NCBI GenBank assembly: GCA_030637655.1
Contig: DAOWGI010000004.1
Coordinates: 1-64,000, forward strand
DNA length: 64,000 nt
From: a candidate division FCPU426 bacterium
GTDB taxonomy: Bacteria; Oederibacteriota; JAAXVQ01; JAUVAV01
Direction of reading: 5' to 3'
How positions within the stretch are numbered: position 1 is the first letter of the stretch; every line of letters starts with the position of its first letter. Made by a program: the position numbers and the translations under genes. The notes below the pieces were generated by a model, which was given only the letters and a program-made list of their open reading frames with translations, had not been told where the DNA came from and did no database searches. Shown here piece after piece: positions 28,055 through 37,994 of this stretch.

Positions 28055-29761
28055 ATGCGACCTGCTATTGTTGCCGGACTGTTATTGCTGCAAGCGGTTA
28101 TGGCTTTTTTTGCCTGGACCAATCCGGTGCTTCCGGATTCCAATGTGTTTTCCGCCTTACTTATTTTTCTGGTACCGATTCCTACCTTTCTCATTGGCTT
28201 TGCGTACGCGCAAACCTCTGGAAATAAATTGTTCGTACTGTGCGGTATAAGCGGGGTTGCCACCTTTTTGCCACCTTCGTTTATGCTCCTGCAGATTGAG
28301 CATTTTGCCTTGATCGGAGCTTTGTTGCTGCTTTTAACCGGCGTCATCCTTTTTCTCTTGTATGGTTTTTGTTATAGCATGTTTTTTCGGTATCTGTATC
28401 TCCGCTATCGTTGGGCCACGCTGTTGCTGCTGCCTGCCATTATTACGGGATTTGAGTTTATACGCATTGCCTTTGCTCCTTACTTTTGGCTGATACCGGC
28501 ACCCAGCCGGATGTTTGCTCATCCGTTGGTTGGAATACTACCGCTTATTCAGATGTCCTCGTTTACCGGTATTTTAGGACCTGATTTTTTAGTCTGTTTT
28601 GTGGCAGTGGTTATGGCTTTTATGCTCTGGGAATATGTGTTGCGCCGGCCCGCTGTTCAGGCCCGGATCCAATTGGAACAGGCCGGGCAGCCCTTGTCCG
28701 GAATTTCATTGCAAAGAGCTTGGAAAACCGGATTTCTGATAAGCGGTATGCTGTTGGTGTTTGGCATCCTGGGAAATATTGACGCAGCGCTGGTTGCGAA
28801 AAAACAGGAGCAGAGCCAACGGATACTGCGTCCGGCCCTGCTGCAAGCCAATTTTAATCCTTCAGGGATGGCCACCTGGGATAGGAACGCAGAAATCGGT
28901 TCGATTCTGGTGTACAGACAGATGATTCTGGAAGCTGCGGAGAAACAGGCGGATTTTCTGGTGTTTACGGAAAATGCGTTGCCCATGACATTGCCGAAAT
29001 GCAAACAGCTCTGGGAGGATATACGATCCGTGTTTGCTGAGGTTCAATTGCCGGCCTTGATCGGAGCCATTACTGTCGCGGATCCCAAACACTCGCTGAA
29101 CATGTGGTATCATGTCAAACCGGACGGCAAGGTGGCCAAGTATTATATTAAACGGTCCCTGGTCCCGTTTGGGGAATACCTTCCCCTGCGCTGGTTGATA
29201 GATCCGGTGCTAGGCGGTATAAATTTCATGTTTAACAAATCGTATGCCATATTAAAAATCACAGCCATTAGCACAGACAACTACGATCTGGTGCGTGGTA
29301 AAAAAGCGGAAGTCTTTACCATTGGTCCCAAGCAGGAAAAAGTATTTCTCGCTGTGTGCGATGAAGCCAAGTATCCTCGGTTTTTCCGGGAAGGGGTCCG
29401 CTTGGGAGGAGAGGCCGTATTTTCGTTGGGCGCGTCCAATTGGTTTCCCTCGCCGGCCTATTTTAATAAACAACTGCAGAATTGCGCTTTCCGGGCAGTG
29501 GAATCGCGGCGCTGGATTGCGCATCTGTCCAGCATGGGCGGCTCGGCACAGGTGGATGCCTTGGGCCAAGTGCGTAAACGCTCGGTGTATAAAAAGCGTT
29601 CGGTTTTGGTTGAACCGATACCCGGTTTGCAGGGACGCTCATTTTACATGCGCTGTGGTGATATTTTTGGGTGGTCCTGTTTATTGTTCGCGCTTTTAGG
29701 TTATGGCTGGATTCTACGGGAACATTTTCAGCAGTATCGGGCCGGTCAGTCCAAAATCTGA
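28055..29761 (+). CDS. lnt: Apolipoprotein N-acyltransferase-like protein (membrane domain + nitrilase domain)
   Basis: IQMSSFTG, LLQAN, FTENA (Glu), KRSLVPFGEY (Lys), AVCDE (Cys), NWF, RAVE, FYMRCGD. Confidence 0.85.
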   Translation: MRPAIVAGLLLLQAVMAFFAWTNPVLPDSNVFSALLIFLVPIPTFLIGFAYAQTSGNKLFVLCGISGVATFLPPSFMLLQIEHFALIGALLLLLTGVILFLLYGFCYSMFFRYLYLRYRWATLLLLPAIITGFEFIRIAFAPYFWLIPAPSRMFAHPLVGILPLIQMSSFTGILGPDFLVCFVAVVMAFMLWEYVLRRPAVQARIQLEQAGQPLSGISLQRAWKTGFLISGMLLVFGILGNIDAALVAKKQEQSQRILRPALLQANFNPSGMATWDRNAEIGSILVYRQMILEAAEKQADFLVFTENALPMTLPKCKQLWEDIRSVFAEVQLPALIGAITVADPKHSLNMWYHVKPDGKVAKYYIKRSLVPFGEYLPLRWLIDPVLGGINFMFNKSYAILKITAISTDNYDLVRGKKAEVFTIGPKQEKVFLAVCDEAKYPRFFREGVRLGGEAVFSLGASNWFPSPAYFNKQLQNCAFRAVESRRWIAHLSSMGGSAQVDALGQVRKRSVYKKRSVLVEPIPGLQGRSFYMRCGDIFGWSCLLFALLGYGWILREHFQQYRAGQSKI

Positions 29762-29784
29762 TCGTGTTTTTTCACCCTCTGCTT

Positions 29785-29908
29785 CAATATACCAAAGGAA
29801 TCCCCGGACTTAGTCCGGGATTACCGCAGTCTCTCTCCATTTTAGGGAGAGGGATAAAAGGTGAGGGTTACCTGAATACCCGGCACTTCACTGCGGGGAT
29901 GATTTATG
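29785..29908. repeat. About 124-bp dispersed palindromic element (copy 1; copy 2 at 57743-57867)
   Basis: caaaggaatcccc..ttagtccggg..ttaccgca..gggagag..ggtgagggttacctgaatac..gcacttca.tgcggggatgatttatg in both. Confidence 0.85.
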
Positions 29909-30126
29909 ACGAAAGAGCAATATCAGCCCCTACTTGGGCGACTTTTCGGGCAAATGGCCTGCTTTCAAAACCCACAAGTTGTGATACAATAATTGGCAAA
30001 ATCCACCTTCGTTTCACGCGCTGACCTACCCCTTGGTGGGAAGCCCGCTTTTAGTACAGATGGCAGCTTCTACCGGCTCGTGTTTTCCAAAAGCGCACAG
30101 GCCGGGAAGGAAAGGAATAAGTATTT

Positions 30127-30567
30127 ATGTCTGAATCCGTGCCCCACGAGGAGGACGCAGCGTCCGGGGAATATTATCCAATTGGTCCGCCGTTTCTTTT
30201 TTATGATCGTGTCCTAAACTGTACGGAAATGAGCTGCACGGTTTTAAAAAACATCACCCGCAATGAATGGTGTATGGCAAGCTTAAGTCCTCAGGGATAT
30301 TGTTATTCTCCCTCGTTGGTTTTAGAATGTCTGTCACAGGCTGCCGGATTTTTGGAGGAACACCGGCAGAAACGAATTTTGCCCCTGCGACTGGCCTTGT
30401 TACGCATAAAAGAGGTGGAAATAAAAAAACTTCCTGTGCCTGGAGACCAATTATTTGTGACAGCATCGTTTTTAAAAGCATGGGAGAGCATGGCAATGTA
30501 CCGGGTGGAGGCTGTGGTTGAGGAAGCGCAAACGGCACTGGCTAATATTATCCTTGTCCGGTATTAA
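30127..30567 (+). CDS. FabZ/FabA-like hotdog-fold dehydratase (divergent)
   Basis: PPFLFYDRV, KNITRNE, LVLECLSQAAG, PVPGDQL; the canonical HFP His is not seen. Confidence 0.75.
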   Translation: MSESVPHEEDAASGEYYPIGPPFLFYDRVLNCTEMSCTVLKNITRNEWCMASLSPQGYCYSPSLVLECLSQAAGFLEEHRQKRILPLRLALLRIKEVEIKKLPVPGDQLFVTASFLKAWESMAMYRVEAVVEEAQTALANIILVRY

Positions 30568-30581
30568 AAAAAGGATTGAAT

Positions 30582-31295
30582 ATGGAAAAAGCCGTATTGC
30601 AGAAATTAGGCTTATGGGAAGGAGCCTTAGTCCAGTGGAGTCAGAAACTAAGCCGGCATCGTCTGGGTTGGATATTGAAGCATTGGTGTGGTTTAAAGAT
30701 TGAAGGACAAGAGCATGTACGTGGATTGTCGCAGGCTATTTTTGCGCCTACCCATGCCAGCCATCTGGATTTTTGGGCGGTCTTAGAAGGGCTATCTCCA
30801 CACCTGGTCAGACACACCTACATTGCAGCGGCCGGCGATTATTTTTATGCCAATCCGGTGAAGTCGTTTTTGATGCGCGTGTTTTCGTATCATAATTTTT
30901 CCATCAACCGGAAAATTCTGTCATGGTCCGAGTACAAACGCTTACGTCGCATGTTACAGCACGGTTTATCCCTGCTGGCGTTTGCTCAGGGGACGCGTAC
31001 CCGGGATGGCAGTCTGATGCCTTTTAAACCGTTATTAGCCATGCTGGCCTTAGATTGCAATATTCCCTTGGTTCCGGTACTGCTAAAAGGGACGTTTGAG
31101 GCCATGCCTGCGGGCAGTCTGCTTCCGCGTCGTAAAACTATTACGGTTTGTTTTGGAAAACCGCTGGATCCGGTTAAGGAGACAGCGCGTAGCGCCGCCA
31201 AACTCTTAACCAAAAAGGCAAAACATCTCAACGCGCGGTTGATGCTCTCGATCCGGGAGTTGGATGCTCAAACTCCGGCAAAGCCTAATGACTGA
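30582..31295 (+). CDS. PlsC-like lysophospholipid acyltransferase
   Basis: THASHLD (Hx4D), AAGDYF, FAQGTR (usually FPEGTR), PLVPVLLKGT, FGKPL. Confidence 0.85.
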   Translation: MEKAVLQKLGLWEGALVQWSQKLSRHRLGWILKHWCGLKIEGQEHVRGLSQAIFAPTHASHLDFWAVLEGLSPHLVRHTYIAAAGDYFYANPVKSFLMRVFSYHNFSINRKILSWSEYKRLRRMLQHGLSLLAFAQGTRTRDGSLMPFKPLLAMLALDCNIPLVPVLLKGTFEAMPAGSLLPRRKTITVCFGKPLDPVKETARSAAKLLTKKAKHLNARLMLSIRELDAQTPAKPND

Positions 31296-31333
31296 GCGCA
31301 TATCCGGAAAAGACGAAAATCAGGAAGTGTCAG

Positions 31334-32590
31334 GTGAACACAATGGAAGATGTATATGTCAGTGGGATAGGTGTAGTGACAGCGTCCGGCGCAGGTGTGC
31401 AGGATTTTTGGAGTGCACTGACCAGCGGTCGGTCCGGGATCAGAGAAGTCACACGTTTTGATACCCAATGGCTGCCCATTCAGGTGGCTGCGGAAATAAA
31501 AGATTTGGAACATTTGCCGGATCTTTCGCCGGAAGAGGTCCGGCGCTTCGGCCCAATAAATCGTCTGGCCTTAAGCTGCACAAGATCCGCCTTGGCAAAT
31601 GCCAATCTCTTAAATACCAAAGGACAAGCAAAACAATCAAGTATGGAGATGTATCTGGGCACTATTCATGGTGATGCGGGTGAACATATCCGAAAGGGAA
31701 GAAAACTTTGGGATCAGGTCAAACCCAGGAACTGGATCACTCTGGCGCACCATCTAATGACTGATAATGTCTCATTTGGATTTTTACTAAAGACCGCGCA
31801 GCTTTTGGGAATTACCGGCATGCAATCCATTAATACCAATGCATGTACGGCATCAGGGTATGCCATCTGCATAGGCGCGGAACGAATTCGTCAGGGATGT
31901 ACGGATATTGCCCTGTGTGGAGGGATGGATTTGCTGGCTGAGGCTGAATATGTCGGGTTCTGCAGTCTGCGTGCCATGGCACCGGAGAAATGCGCGTCCT
32001 TTGATATTAAGCGTAAGGGCTTGATTATTGGCGAAGGGGGAGGAGTGCTGATACTGGAATCCGGTACATCCCTGCGCCGCAGAAAACAGAAAGCACTGGC
32101 AAAATTGGCAGGCTATGGCTGCTCGAATGATGCGTATCATCTTTCTATTCCGCATCCGGAAGGATGGGGAACTGTGCGCGCGGTATCCGAGGCATTGCGC
32201 GATGCGCAACTCGATGCCAGAGATATTGATTGCATTGTAGCGCACGGTACGGGGACGCCGTTGAATGACCGCATTGAGGCCCAAGCATTTAAACAGGTTT
32301 TTGGCAATCAAAGTGTGCCGGTTACCGCACCCAAGTCCATACTCGGACATTGTATGGGAGCTGCCAGTGCAGTGGAGGCCATTGTCGGCATACTGGCATT
32401 ACAGAAACAGAAGGTGCCTTTTACTTTGAATCATACGGAAACTGATCCGGAATGTCCGGTCAATATTGTGCAGGGAAATGTGCTGGAGACTCAGCTGCAC
32501 ACCTGTTTGACTAATTCCGTGGGATTCGGTGGTAACAATGACAGTTTGATTTTTACCCAGGCGGAAGATGAGGTGCGGCGTTATGCGTGA
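31334..32590 (+). CDS. Beta-ketoacyl-ACP synthase II-like KS (intact Cys-His-His)
   Basis: NACTASG, GEGGG, DAYH, AHGTGTPLND, KSILGHCMGAA, GFGGNN. Confidence 0.92.
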   Translation: MNTMEDVYVSGIGVVTASGAGVQDFWSALTSGRSGIREVTRFDTQWLPIQVAAEIKDLEHLPDLSPEEVRRFGPINRLALSCTRSALANANLLNTKGQAKQSSMEMYLGTIHGDAGEHIRKGRKLWDQVKPRNWITLAHHLMTDNVSFGFLLKTAQLLGITGMQSINTNACTASGYAICIGAERIRQGCTDIALCGGMDLLAEAEYVGFCSLRAMAPEKCASFDIKRKGLIIGEGGGVLILESGTSLRRRKQKALAKLAGYGCSNDAYHLSIPHPEGWGTVRAVSEALRDAQLDARDIDCIVAHGTGTPLNDRIEAQAFKQVFGNQSVPVTAPKSILGHCMGAASAVEAIVGILALQKQKVPFTLNHTETDPECPVNIVQGNVLETQLHTCLTNSVGFGGNNDSLIFTQAEDEVRRYA

Positions 32591-33800
32591 TCGCATTGTC
32601 ATTACCGGAAATCAGTTGCTTTGCGCATTGGGTGAAGATCCGAGGGAAGTTGCCCAAAAGTTGATTGCCAAAGCCAGCGGATTGTCCGAGTATTCCTTTG
32701 TGGAAATGGAATCGCCTCCGCAAGCCTGGTTTGGAGCAGTTATGCTTGATTTGAAAAAAGCCTTGGGCGGCAAAGGCTGGCGGCATCATAACCGTGCCAG
32801 TCTGATGTCCTGTTTGTTGGCCCGGAGACTGTTGGTTACTACAGAATATTCTGCGTGTTTTGAACATGACCCGGTGCAACTTGGGTTTGTGCTGGGATAT
32901 AATCATAATGTGTTTTCCCCGGAACTAATAGAAACCCTTGAAGCGCGGTCTCTGGTGCACTTAAATCCCGGTTTTTTTCTCACAATGTCCACAAACTCGG
33001 TTGCCTCGCAAGTTGCGATATTGGTTAAAATCCAAGGGCTTACTCTGACACATACCACCGGTTGGCTGGCTGGTTTGGAAGCAGTGCATACGGCAACACA
33101 CTTTTTACGCGCTAATCGTGTGCAGCGTGTGCTGGCCGGTGGAGTGGAAGAGGGTATGGTGGAAAATATCTATAGTATGGCAACCGCATTTCAGGGGCCA
33201 AGTCAAGCCGGTGTTGGTATCATTCAAATAGGCGAGCCTAATGCAATACCTGCCGGGGAAGGGTGCGCACTCCTGCATTTGGAAAAAGAGAGAACTGCAA
33301 TTCAAAATCACAGGAAACCGCGTGCGTATGTATCCGGTTTTGGCATGGGAGTACAAATCAAAGAAGCACGAGCCGGAGATGCAACTGCTGCAGTGCAGGC
33401 TATCACAACTGCTCTACAGCAAGCCGGGCTAACAGCCGATGCCATTGACGCGGTTTTTTTGTCTGCCAATGGCAACGCGGCTCAAGACCAGGCGGAAGCC
33501 AGGGCTTTGCAGCAGGTTTTTCAAAAGCAGGTGCCTCCGACGGTTGCCATTAAGGGCGCGTTGGGTGACACCTTTCATGCCGGCGGCGCCATTGCTGTTT
33601 CTGTGGCCATAGCCTGCGCTGAACTAAAAACCATACCGCCGACCCTTCATCTGTCCGATGCCAAGGTTGCAGGCAAAATAAATCTGAGCGCCGAAGCACG
33701 CTCCTGGCCTGCACATTACGTTTTGATTTTATCTTTGGAACAGGATCAAAAAGCAGGGGCTTTAATTTTGGAATTTCCTCCAGAGGAAGGGAGAGCATGA
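32583..33800 (+). CDS. Second chain-length-factor-like KS-fold subunit
   Basis: RIVITG, NPGFFLTMSTNSVASQ, TTGWLAG (no Cys), GEGCA, SANG, KGALGD; paralogous to 17901-19082. Confidence 0.8.
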   Translation: MRDRIVITGNQLLCALGEDPREVAQKLIAKASGLSEYSFVEMESPPQAWFGAVMLDLKKALGGKGWRHHNRASLMSCLLARRLLVTTEYSACFEHDPVQLGFVLGYNHNVFSPELIETLEARSLVHLNPGFFLTMSTNSVASQVAILVKIQGLTLTHTTGWLAGLEAVHTATHFLRANRVQRVLAGGVEEGMVENIYSMATAFQGPSQAGVGIIQIGEPNAIPAGEGCALLHLEKERTAIQNHRKPRAYVSGFGMGVQIKEARAGDATAAVQAITTALQQAGLTADAIDAVFLSANGNAAQDQAEARALQQVFQKQVPPTVAIKGALGDTFHAGGAIAVSVAIACAELKTIPPTLHLSDAKVAGKINLSAEARSWPAHYVLILSLEQDQKAGALILEFPPEEGRA

Positions 33801-34531
33801 CTTATAAAGGGAAAGTGGCGTTAATTACCGGCGGAACCGGCGCGATTGGACAAGCGATTGTAAAGCGCCTGATTAAGCAAGAACTGCGGGTTGGCTTTAC
33901 TTTTCATACTAATCAAGCTGTTGCGGATCAATTGCTGCAAACCGGCACACCGGAAAAAATATGTGCGTTTCAGGTGAGAGATAATGATTTAGCGGAAGCA
34001 CGCAATATTGTGGAGAGAGTAGCCAAGCAGTTGGGGCCGGTAGATTACCTGGTCAATAGTGTGGGCGCAGTGCGCGACAGTATGTTTGTAAAAATGGAGG
34101 AAGCACAGTGGCAGGAAAGTATTAAGATTAATTTACAGGTTCCTTACACCTACGCCCGCGCGGTGTTTTTTAATATGCTGAAGCAACAGGGCGCGATGGT
34201 AAATATTACTTCCATTGCCGGGATAACCGGCGCGCCGGGACAGGCCAATTATGCGGCTGCTAAAGCCGGAGTGCTGGGTTTGACCAAATCATTGGCCCGG
34301 GAAGGAGGGCGTTTAGGTGTGCGGGTTAATGCCATTGCGCCCGGATACATTGTCTCGCCGATGACTGACCGGATACCGCAAAAAATAAAAGACCAGGCTT
34401 TACACATGATTCCAATGGCGCGTTTTGGTAAACCGGAAGAAGTAGCTTATATGGCGGCTTTTTTACTCTCGGAGGAGGCACGCTACATTACCGGCCAAAC
34501 CTTGACGCTGGACGGCGGCCTGGCCATATAA
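33797..34531 (+). CDS. fabG: 3-oxoacyl-ACP reductase (FabG-like SDR)
   Basis: TGGTGAIG, GQANYAAAKAG, VNAIAPGYI, ITGQTLTLDGG. Confidence 0.88.
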   Translation: MTYKGKVALITGGTGAIGQAIVKRLIKQELRVGFTFHTNQAVADQLLQTGTPEKICAFQVRDNDLAEARNIVERVAKQLGPVDYLVNSVGAVRDSMFVKMEEAQWQESIKINLQVPYTYARAVFFNMLKQQGAMVNITSIAGITGAPGQANYAAAKAGVLGLTKSLAREGGRLGVRVNAIAPGYIVSPMTDRIPQKIKDQALHMIPMARFGKPEEVAYMAAFLLSEEARYITGQTLTLDGGLAI

Positions 34532-34550
34532 TGTTGTGGATGTGATCACA

Positions 34551-35888
34551 ATGAAAAAACCAAGCACAAATAAACCGAAAGGCGGCAGACCCACAGTTGC
34601 CATTGTGGCAATTGGTGATGAATTGTTACATGACCGGCTGGATACCAATAGCCATGAGATCCAGACGATATTGCTGCAACACGGTATTGAGACCCAGGTG
34701 CGTGTCGTAGTCGCGGATGAGGTGAGAGCTATTGCCAAGACTCTTCACTCTTTTTTAGCGAATCATAGTTTGATCATTTGCTGCGGCGGTTTGGGACCAA
34801 CACAGGATGATATAACCCGTCAAGCCATTGCCCGGGTATGCAAGCAACCATTATTATTTCAGCCGGCGATGTATCAAACAATAATCCGACGTTTTAAAAA
34901 ACGCGGCGTAAAGATTCCCGACTGCAATAAACAGCAGGCCTGTTTTCCACGCCGGGCGGTGATATTAAAAAACCGATTTGGGACAGCTCCCGGATTTTTG
35001 CTGCAGACTAAAAGTCGGATGATCGCTGCGCTGCCGGGACCGCCCGGCGAATGCCGGGCTATGCTGGAGAAGGAATTGTTGCCGCGGCTCAAGCGCAGCC
35101 GGTTTAAAAACAGCAACCGCGAGGCTGTGCAACACCTGCGGATCGTTGGTATGGCGGAATCCCAATTGCAAGAGATAATAGGACCACGATTAACACAACA
35201 TCCGGATATTCAATTGGGTTTTTTGTTGGAGGGGCCGGGAGAAATACTAATCAAGCTTCAGATCCGGCCAACAAATAAAAAGCAGGCGCAAGCAGCTTTG
35301 CGCTCTGCTGTTCGGGAAGTTCAGCAGGCACTGGGAAAATCGGTGGTGGATAGGCGAGGACGGTCCTTGCCTGAAGTAATCGGACGGCTTTTACTGAAAC
35401 AGAAGCAGACTATAGCTGTGGCCGAATCCTGTACCGGAGGCCGGATTGCGCAACGGTTGGTTTCTATACCCGGTAGTTCGAAGTATTTTGTCGAAGGTGC
35501 TGTGACCTACAGTAATCAGGCCAAACACAGATGTTTACAGGTTACTGCCGCCAGTCTCAAAAAATACGGCGCGGTCAGTGCGGAGGTGGCCATGGCCATG
35601 GCAAAGGGAATGCGCCAAAAGAGCCAGGCGACTTGGGCGTTGGCCATTACCGGTATTGCCGGACCAGGCGGCGGGAGCAAAAGCAAACCTGTGGGATTGG
35701 TGTATCTGGGGATTGCCGGGCCCCAGGGCAGGCGTGCGGCAAAAAAGCTGCAATTGTCAGGTGACCGGGAGCGGATACAATGCTGGAGCGCGACCCTGGC
35801 TTTGGATTGGGTGCGCCGCTGTTTGCTGGAAAAGCAAGCGGTTGGTAAAAGCTTGACGGATTTGAAAAGAATCAAAATTGTACCGTAG
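34551..35888 (+). CDS. cinA: Competence/damage-inducible protein A (MoCF-binding domain + NMN deamidase PncC)
   Basis: IGDELL..DTNS, GGLGPTQDDIT, GTAPG, LPGPPGE, AESCTGG, TYSNQAK, GAVS, TGIAGPGGG. Confidence 0.92.
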   Translation: MKKPSTNKPKGGRPTVAIVAIGDELLHDRLDTNSHEIQTILLQHGIETQVRVVVADEVRAIAKTLHSFLANHSLIICCGGLGPTQDDITRQAIARVCKQPLLFQPAMYQTIIRRFKKRGVKIPDCNKQQACFPRRAVILKNRFGTAPGFLLQTKSRMIAALPGPPGECRAMLEKELLPRLKRSRFKNSNREAVQHLRIVGMAESQLQEIIGPRLTQHPDIQLGFLLEGPGEILIKLQIRPTNKKQAQAALRSAVREVQQALGKSVVDRRGRSLPEVIGRLLLKQKQTIAVAESCTGGRIAQRLVSIPGSSKYFVEGAVTYSNQAKHRCLQVTAASLKKYGAVSAEVAMAMAKGMRQKSQATWALAITGIAGPGGGSKSKPVGLVYLGIAGPQGRRAAKKLQLSGDRERIQCWSATLALDWVRRCLLEKQAVGKSLTDLKRIKIVP

Positions 35889-35940
35889 GGGCGAGGTGCG
35901 ACCGTAGGGAATCCCGTACGATCCCCCATCCGGTCGGGGC
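35885..35940. repeat. Degenerate GTAG REP cluster; supplies the cinA stop codon
   Basis: ccgtaggggcgaggtgcgaccgtagggaatccc... Confidence 0.55.
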
Positions 35941-36017
35941 CTTAGCCCACAAATGAATTCGAAATTAAAAATAAAAGGTTTTGTGCCGTAAATAAAAAAG
36001 GAAACGAGAAGGAGGCT

Positions 36018-36437
36018 GTGACCATGGAAGATAAAAATCCTGAAAAACTATTTGAGATGCTTTTTTTGCAAATGGTCAGGTCCTTGAATGAAGCGGCTAT
36101 GATCCAAATGGGGAAAAGGGTCAATCCCAGCACTGGGAAAGTGGAGAAAAATTTTTCCCAAACGCAGGGGACCATTGATCTGCTGCGCATGCTCAAAAGC
36201 AGAACTAAAAACAACCTGACCAATCAAGAAAAACAATTGCTGGAACAATGCCTGGTTGACTTGGAAATGAATTTTGTGTGCGAGAAAGAGGCAAAAGACC
36301 AAGCGGAGGCAGAGCCGGCGGCAAATGAGAATAAAACAGAGAGCCTGGAGACAAATGAATCGGTGGTAAGTCAGGAAGAGGATGAAGATAGTGACCGCAA
36401 CAATTCTCCCGGCAACCGTCCGGGCATGAATAATTAG
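36018..36437 (+). CDS. DUF1844 family protein
   Basis: AMIQMGKRVNPSTGK..TIDLLRMLKSRTKNNLT.QEKQLL..L.MNFV. Confidence 0.85.
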   Translation: MTMEDKNPEKLFEMLFLQMVRSLNEAAMIQMGKRVNPSTGKVEKNFSQTQGTIDLLRMLKSRTKNNLTNQEKQLLEQCLVDLEMNFVCEKEAKDQAEAEPAANENKTESLETNESVVSQEEDEDSDRNNSPGNRPGMNN

Positions 36438-36438
36438 T

Positions 36439-37023
36439 ATGTCGGAAATACGCGTCTTTGTAGCTGTTCGGCTTTCCCCTAAAGTACAATCACAAATACA
36501 AGCCATACTTTCAGTTTTGCAAGCTATAGAACCAAACCTCAAATGGGTGGCTCCTGTGAATTTGCATTTTACTTTAGCGTTTATAGGCAAGGTCCCGGAA
36601 GAGCTGATTTCCAAGCTGCTGGCCGCCTGTCACACCACGGCAGTACAATATCAGCAATTTGTTTTGCAACTGGGACGTTTGGGCGTTTTTCCTTCTAAAG
36701 GTAAACCGCGTATTGTCTGGTTGGGTGTTACTCAAGGGAGAGATCACCTGCAGGCACTGCAAAACACCCTGGTTAACGCCTTGCAGAGCAGGGGTTGCGC
36801 TCTGGAAAAACGTCTTTTTGTATCACACCTCACCTTGGGTCGCGCCCAAAACGGAAAAACTATTCAGGCCTGGCCAACCTTACAAAAGGTTGCTTTGCCA
36901 AAAAAAATAAAGCTGTCAGTGGGATCGCTGGAATTGATACGATCTGATTTGCAGGCAACCGGACCGAAGTATTTAGTATTGGGATCGTGTCCGCTCTTGA
37001 TACCAGGCCACGGTTCTTTGTAA
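36439..37023 (+). CDS. thpR: RNA 2',3'-cyclic phosphodiesterase (2H family)
   Basis: RVFVAV, LHFTLAFIG and SHLTLGR (two HxT motifs), PRIVWLG. Confidence 0.9.
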   Translation: MSEIRVFVAVRLSPKVQSQIQAILSVLQAIEPNLKWVAPVNLHFTLAFIGKVPEELISKLLAACHTTAVQYQQFVLQLGRLGVFPSKGKPRIVWLGVTQGRDHLQALQNTLVNALQSRGCALEKRLFVSHLTLGRAQNGKTIQAWPTLQKVALPKKIKLSVGSLELIRSDLQATGPKYLVLGSCPLLIPGHGSL

Positions 37024-37965
37024 GGTGTCGGCAAAAGAGTGCTTTCTGGTAAACCCCAATTCTTTTTCTGCTTTGTGCGCGTCAGCCCACCAGTAGTATC
37101 CGCAGTAACTAAGCATATCCAAAGAAAACTTTATATCCAGACCCACCATTCCCAATAATTCCGCCAACCAGGCAAAGCAGGTGAGCGAAAAAAAAGTAAG
37201 AGCATGCGGTTTTTTATGCGGAACAACCGCTACGGTGAGTTGTTCGTAAAATTCATAAGAGCTCAGATTATCTCCGGACAAGATATATTGTTCTCCTGAT
37301 TTTCCTTTTTGCAGTGCTGCCACAACACCCTGGGCAGCGTCTGCTACATCCATAACACAGGAGCCTGACCGTTTGGGATAAAAGACTATAGTGCTGTTCA
37401 AGAGTACGGAAATCAAACCTGTGGAGGATCCTGTCCAGTCTCCGGCACCCCAGAGCATACAAGGCAGGACGGAGACGACCTCAAAGTTCTGATTTGCAGT
37501 TGCCAAGGCGACTTGCTCAGCGGCTTGCTTGGCACGGATATAAGCGTTTTTAAGGATTTTAGCGTTGGGTGCCGGCTGAGCTTCGCTCACCGGTTGAGGA
37601 TATTTATGCGCGCCCAGCACTGCTGCCGAAGAAATATACACCAGGCGTGGTACGCTTTGTGCCTTGGCTGCCGTGCAGATGTTCCGGGTTCCTTCTACAT
37701 GCAGTTTCCAGAGTTTTCGGCGTTTAGAAATGCGCAGGCTGGTCAAGCCGGCAGCGTGAATTACTGCATCGCAACCCTCACAAGCAGATTCCAAGGAGGC
37801 AGGCTTGAGCACATCCCCCCGCTGTACTTCGATGGGTAACGAAGTAAGTGTGTGGGCCGGATCCTCCGGTAAGCAGAGCGCCCGGACGTGTATTTTTTTT
37901 GCCAGTAATTCGCGCACAACGTAGGAGCCGAGAAATCCACTGGCTCCGGTAACCAGAACTTTCAT
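36973..37965 (-). CDS. NAD-dependent epimerase/dehydratase (HpnA/dihydroflavonol reductase-like)
   Basis: VLVTGASGFLG, VIHAAG, YIRAK (YxxxK), GEQYIL. Confidence 0.88.
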   Translation of the reverse strand: MKVLVTGASGFLGSYVVRELLAKKIHVRALCLPEDPAHTLTSLPIEVQRGDVLKPASLESACEGCDAVIHAAGLTSLRISKRRKLWKLHVEGTRNICTAAKAQSVPRLVYISSAAVLGAHKYPQPVSEAQPAPNAKILKNAYIRAKQAAEQVALATANQNFEVVSVLPCMLWGAGDWTGSSTGLISVLLNSTIVFYPKRSGSCVMDVADAAQGVVAALQKGKSGEQYILSGDNLSSYEFYEQLTVAVVPHKKPHALTFFSLTCFAWLAELLGMVGLDIKFSLDMLSYCGYYWWADAHKAEKELGFTRKHSFADTLQRTVAWYQERTRSQY

Positions 37966-37994
37966 ACCTGATGCTTCCTTTCGCATGCAAATGA

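Noticed and set aside
29990-30120. Possible structured leader or c-di-GMP riboswitch before the FabZ-like gene
   Set aside because: Only a GGCAAA and weak pairing; the GNRA loop and downstream consensus are missing.
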